Below, piece by piece: positions 34,147-34,225 of a stretch of DNA of 34,225 nucleotides. The stretch's first letter is position 1. Each line of letters opens with the position of its first letter. The position numbers and the translations under genes were made by a program. The notes beneath the pieces were generated by a model, which saw only the letters and a program-made list of their open reading frames with translations, ran no database searches and was not told where the DNA came from. This DNA is from Octopus bimaculoides (Eukaryota). The DNA is taken from the NCBI RefSeq assembly GCF_001194135.2, contig NC_068991.1:26392647-26426871 (forward strand), given 5' to 3'.

Positions 34147-34225
<79 letters not shown>
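34092..34225. repeat. (CT)n followed by (CTAT)n microsatellite
   Basis: Direct inspection. Confidence 0.98.

Overview
AT-rich, microsatellite-dense eukaryotic DNA with three assembly gaps (3245-3607, 14655-15207, 32872-33521). The two abundant tRNA-derived SINE families and the repeat landscape look like an Octopus genome; this is inferred from recognition, not from a search. I found no host protein-coding gene I can identify, and most ORFs in the track are artefacts of microsatellites, N-runs or antisense reading. The window is mostly decayed transposable elements: Penelope-like retroelement (PLE) pieces, an internally deleted Chapaev3-type transposase, two R4/Dong-type RLE LINE copies embedded in (TAA)n, two diverged ORF1 copies of an L1/Tx1-type LINE (one followed by its APE domain), an RTE fragment, two inverted mariner 5' ends, and about 14 SINE copies. 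The most interesting signal is at the start. A minimal type I hammerhead ribozyme core (93-135) has its catalytic strand also forming one arm of a 39-bp inverted repeat (1-39/67-105), which implies a second, oppositely oriented hammerhead running off the window and a possible alternative fold. A second, degenerate hammerhead lies in a PLE 3' end (about 3924-3985). A motif-rich promoter candidate (17220-17497) and two weak exon candidates hint at an unannotated host gene.
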